Below, piece by piece: positions 34,296-34,452 of a DNA stretch of 34,452 nt. The position numbers and the translations under genes were made by a program. Source of the DNA: Selenomonas sp. GTDB taxonomy: Bacteria > Bacillota > Negativicutes > Selenomonadales > Selenomonadaceae. Below the pieces are notes generated by a model. It was given only the letters and a program-made list of their open reading frames with translations, did not search any database and was not told the origin of the DNA. The DNA lies in the NCBI GenBank assembly GCA_003518745.1, contig DOYB01000177.1:1-34452 (forward strand), given 5' to 3'. Numbering within the stretch: the stretch's first letter is position 1; each line of letters begins with the position of its first letter.

Positions 34296-34452
34296 ATGAA
34301 AGTCAACATTCCTGTAGAAAAGGGCAAATCCTACGATATAGATATAAACAGCCTTGGAACCAATGGGGAGGGCGTTGGACGTTATGAGGGATTCACCGTC
34401 TTCGTGCCAGGAGCGCTGCCCGGAGAGCGGGTAAAGGTAAGAATCGAAGAAG
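34296..34452 (+). CDS. N-terminal TRAM domain of a 23S rRNA (uracil-C5)-methyltransferase (RumA/RlmCD-like); 3' end lies outside the window
   Basis: ATG 34296 follows AGGAG. MKVNIPVEKGKSYDIDINSLGTNGEGVGRYEGFTVFVPGALPGERVKVRIEE is a typical TRAM N-terminus. The frame is open to the window edge. Confidence 0.75.
   Translation, partial: MKVNIPVEKGKSYDIDINSLGTNGEGVGRYEGFTVFVPGALPGERVKVRIEE

Noticed and set aside
1-34452. Scan for CRISPR arrays, tRNA/rRNA genes, IS elements and prophage genes
   Set aside because: I found no regularly spaced direct repeats, no cloverleaf-like or rRNA-like sequences in the intergenic regions, and no transposase, integrase or phage structural ORFs.

Overview
This is a chromosomal, housekeeping-rich window from a Firmicutes-type anaerobe. 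The evidence for that is a CodW-like HslV with a propeptide, trmFO, the ireB-ruvX-DUF1292 cluster, and hypCDE. GC looks about 50% by eye. I count roughly 36 real genes. They run in this order: mutS (5' truncated)-mutL; five tightly coupled genes; rpsB-tsf; a polysaccharide deacetylase; M29 aminopeptidase-dtd-Ppx/GppA; a threonine-synthase-like PLP enzyme; two secreted proteins; hypCDE; an amino-acid-type ABC transporter; an orphan Hpt protein; folB; dprA-topA-trmFO-hslVU; an AT-rich islet with two divergent ribbon-helix-helix genes; asd; ireB-ruvX-DUF1292; a HAD phosphatase; and the start of a TRAM-domain rRNA methyltransferase. I saw no rRNA, tRNA, CRISPR array, transposase or integrase. Five things seem most worth following up. 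(1) A degenerate UvrD-like SF1 ATPase and an overlapping tail-anchored coiled-coil protein sit directly behind an endonuclease-type mutL. They appear to share one operon with an RsmJ-like methyltransferase, a tandem HD-GYP protein and an orphan ORF. (2) A roughly 163-nt rod-shaped structured RNA (6S-like architecture) lies between hypE and the secreted-protein operon, and its wobble pairs point to the + strand. (3) The ABC system is unusual: its binding protein looks circularly permuted, and its ATPase carries a C-terminal degenerate GHKL/anti-sigma-kinase-like domain next to an orphan Hpt gene. (4) An AT-rich islet with divergent RHH regulators sits where codY would be expected. (5) A (Cys-Gly)4 insertion occurs in DUF1292. 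All functional calls come from reading motifs in the translations. No database search was possible.
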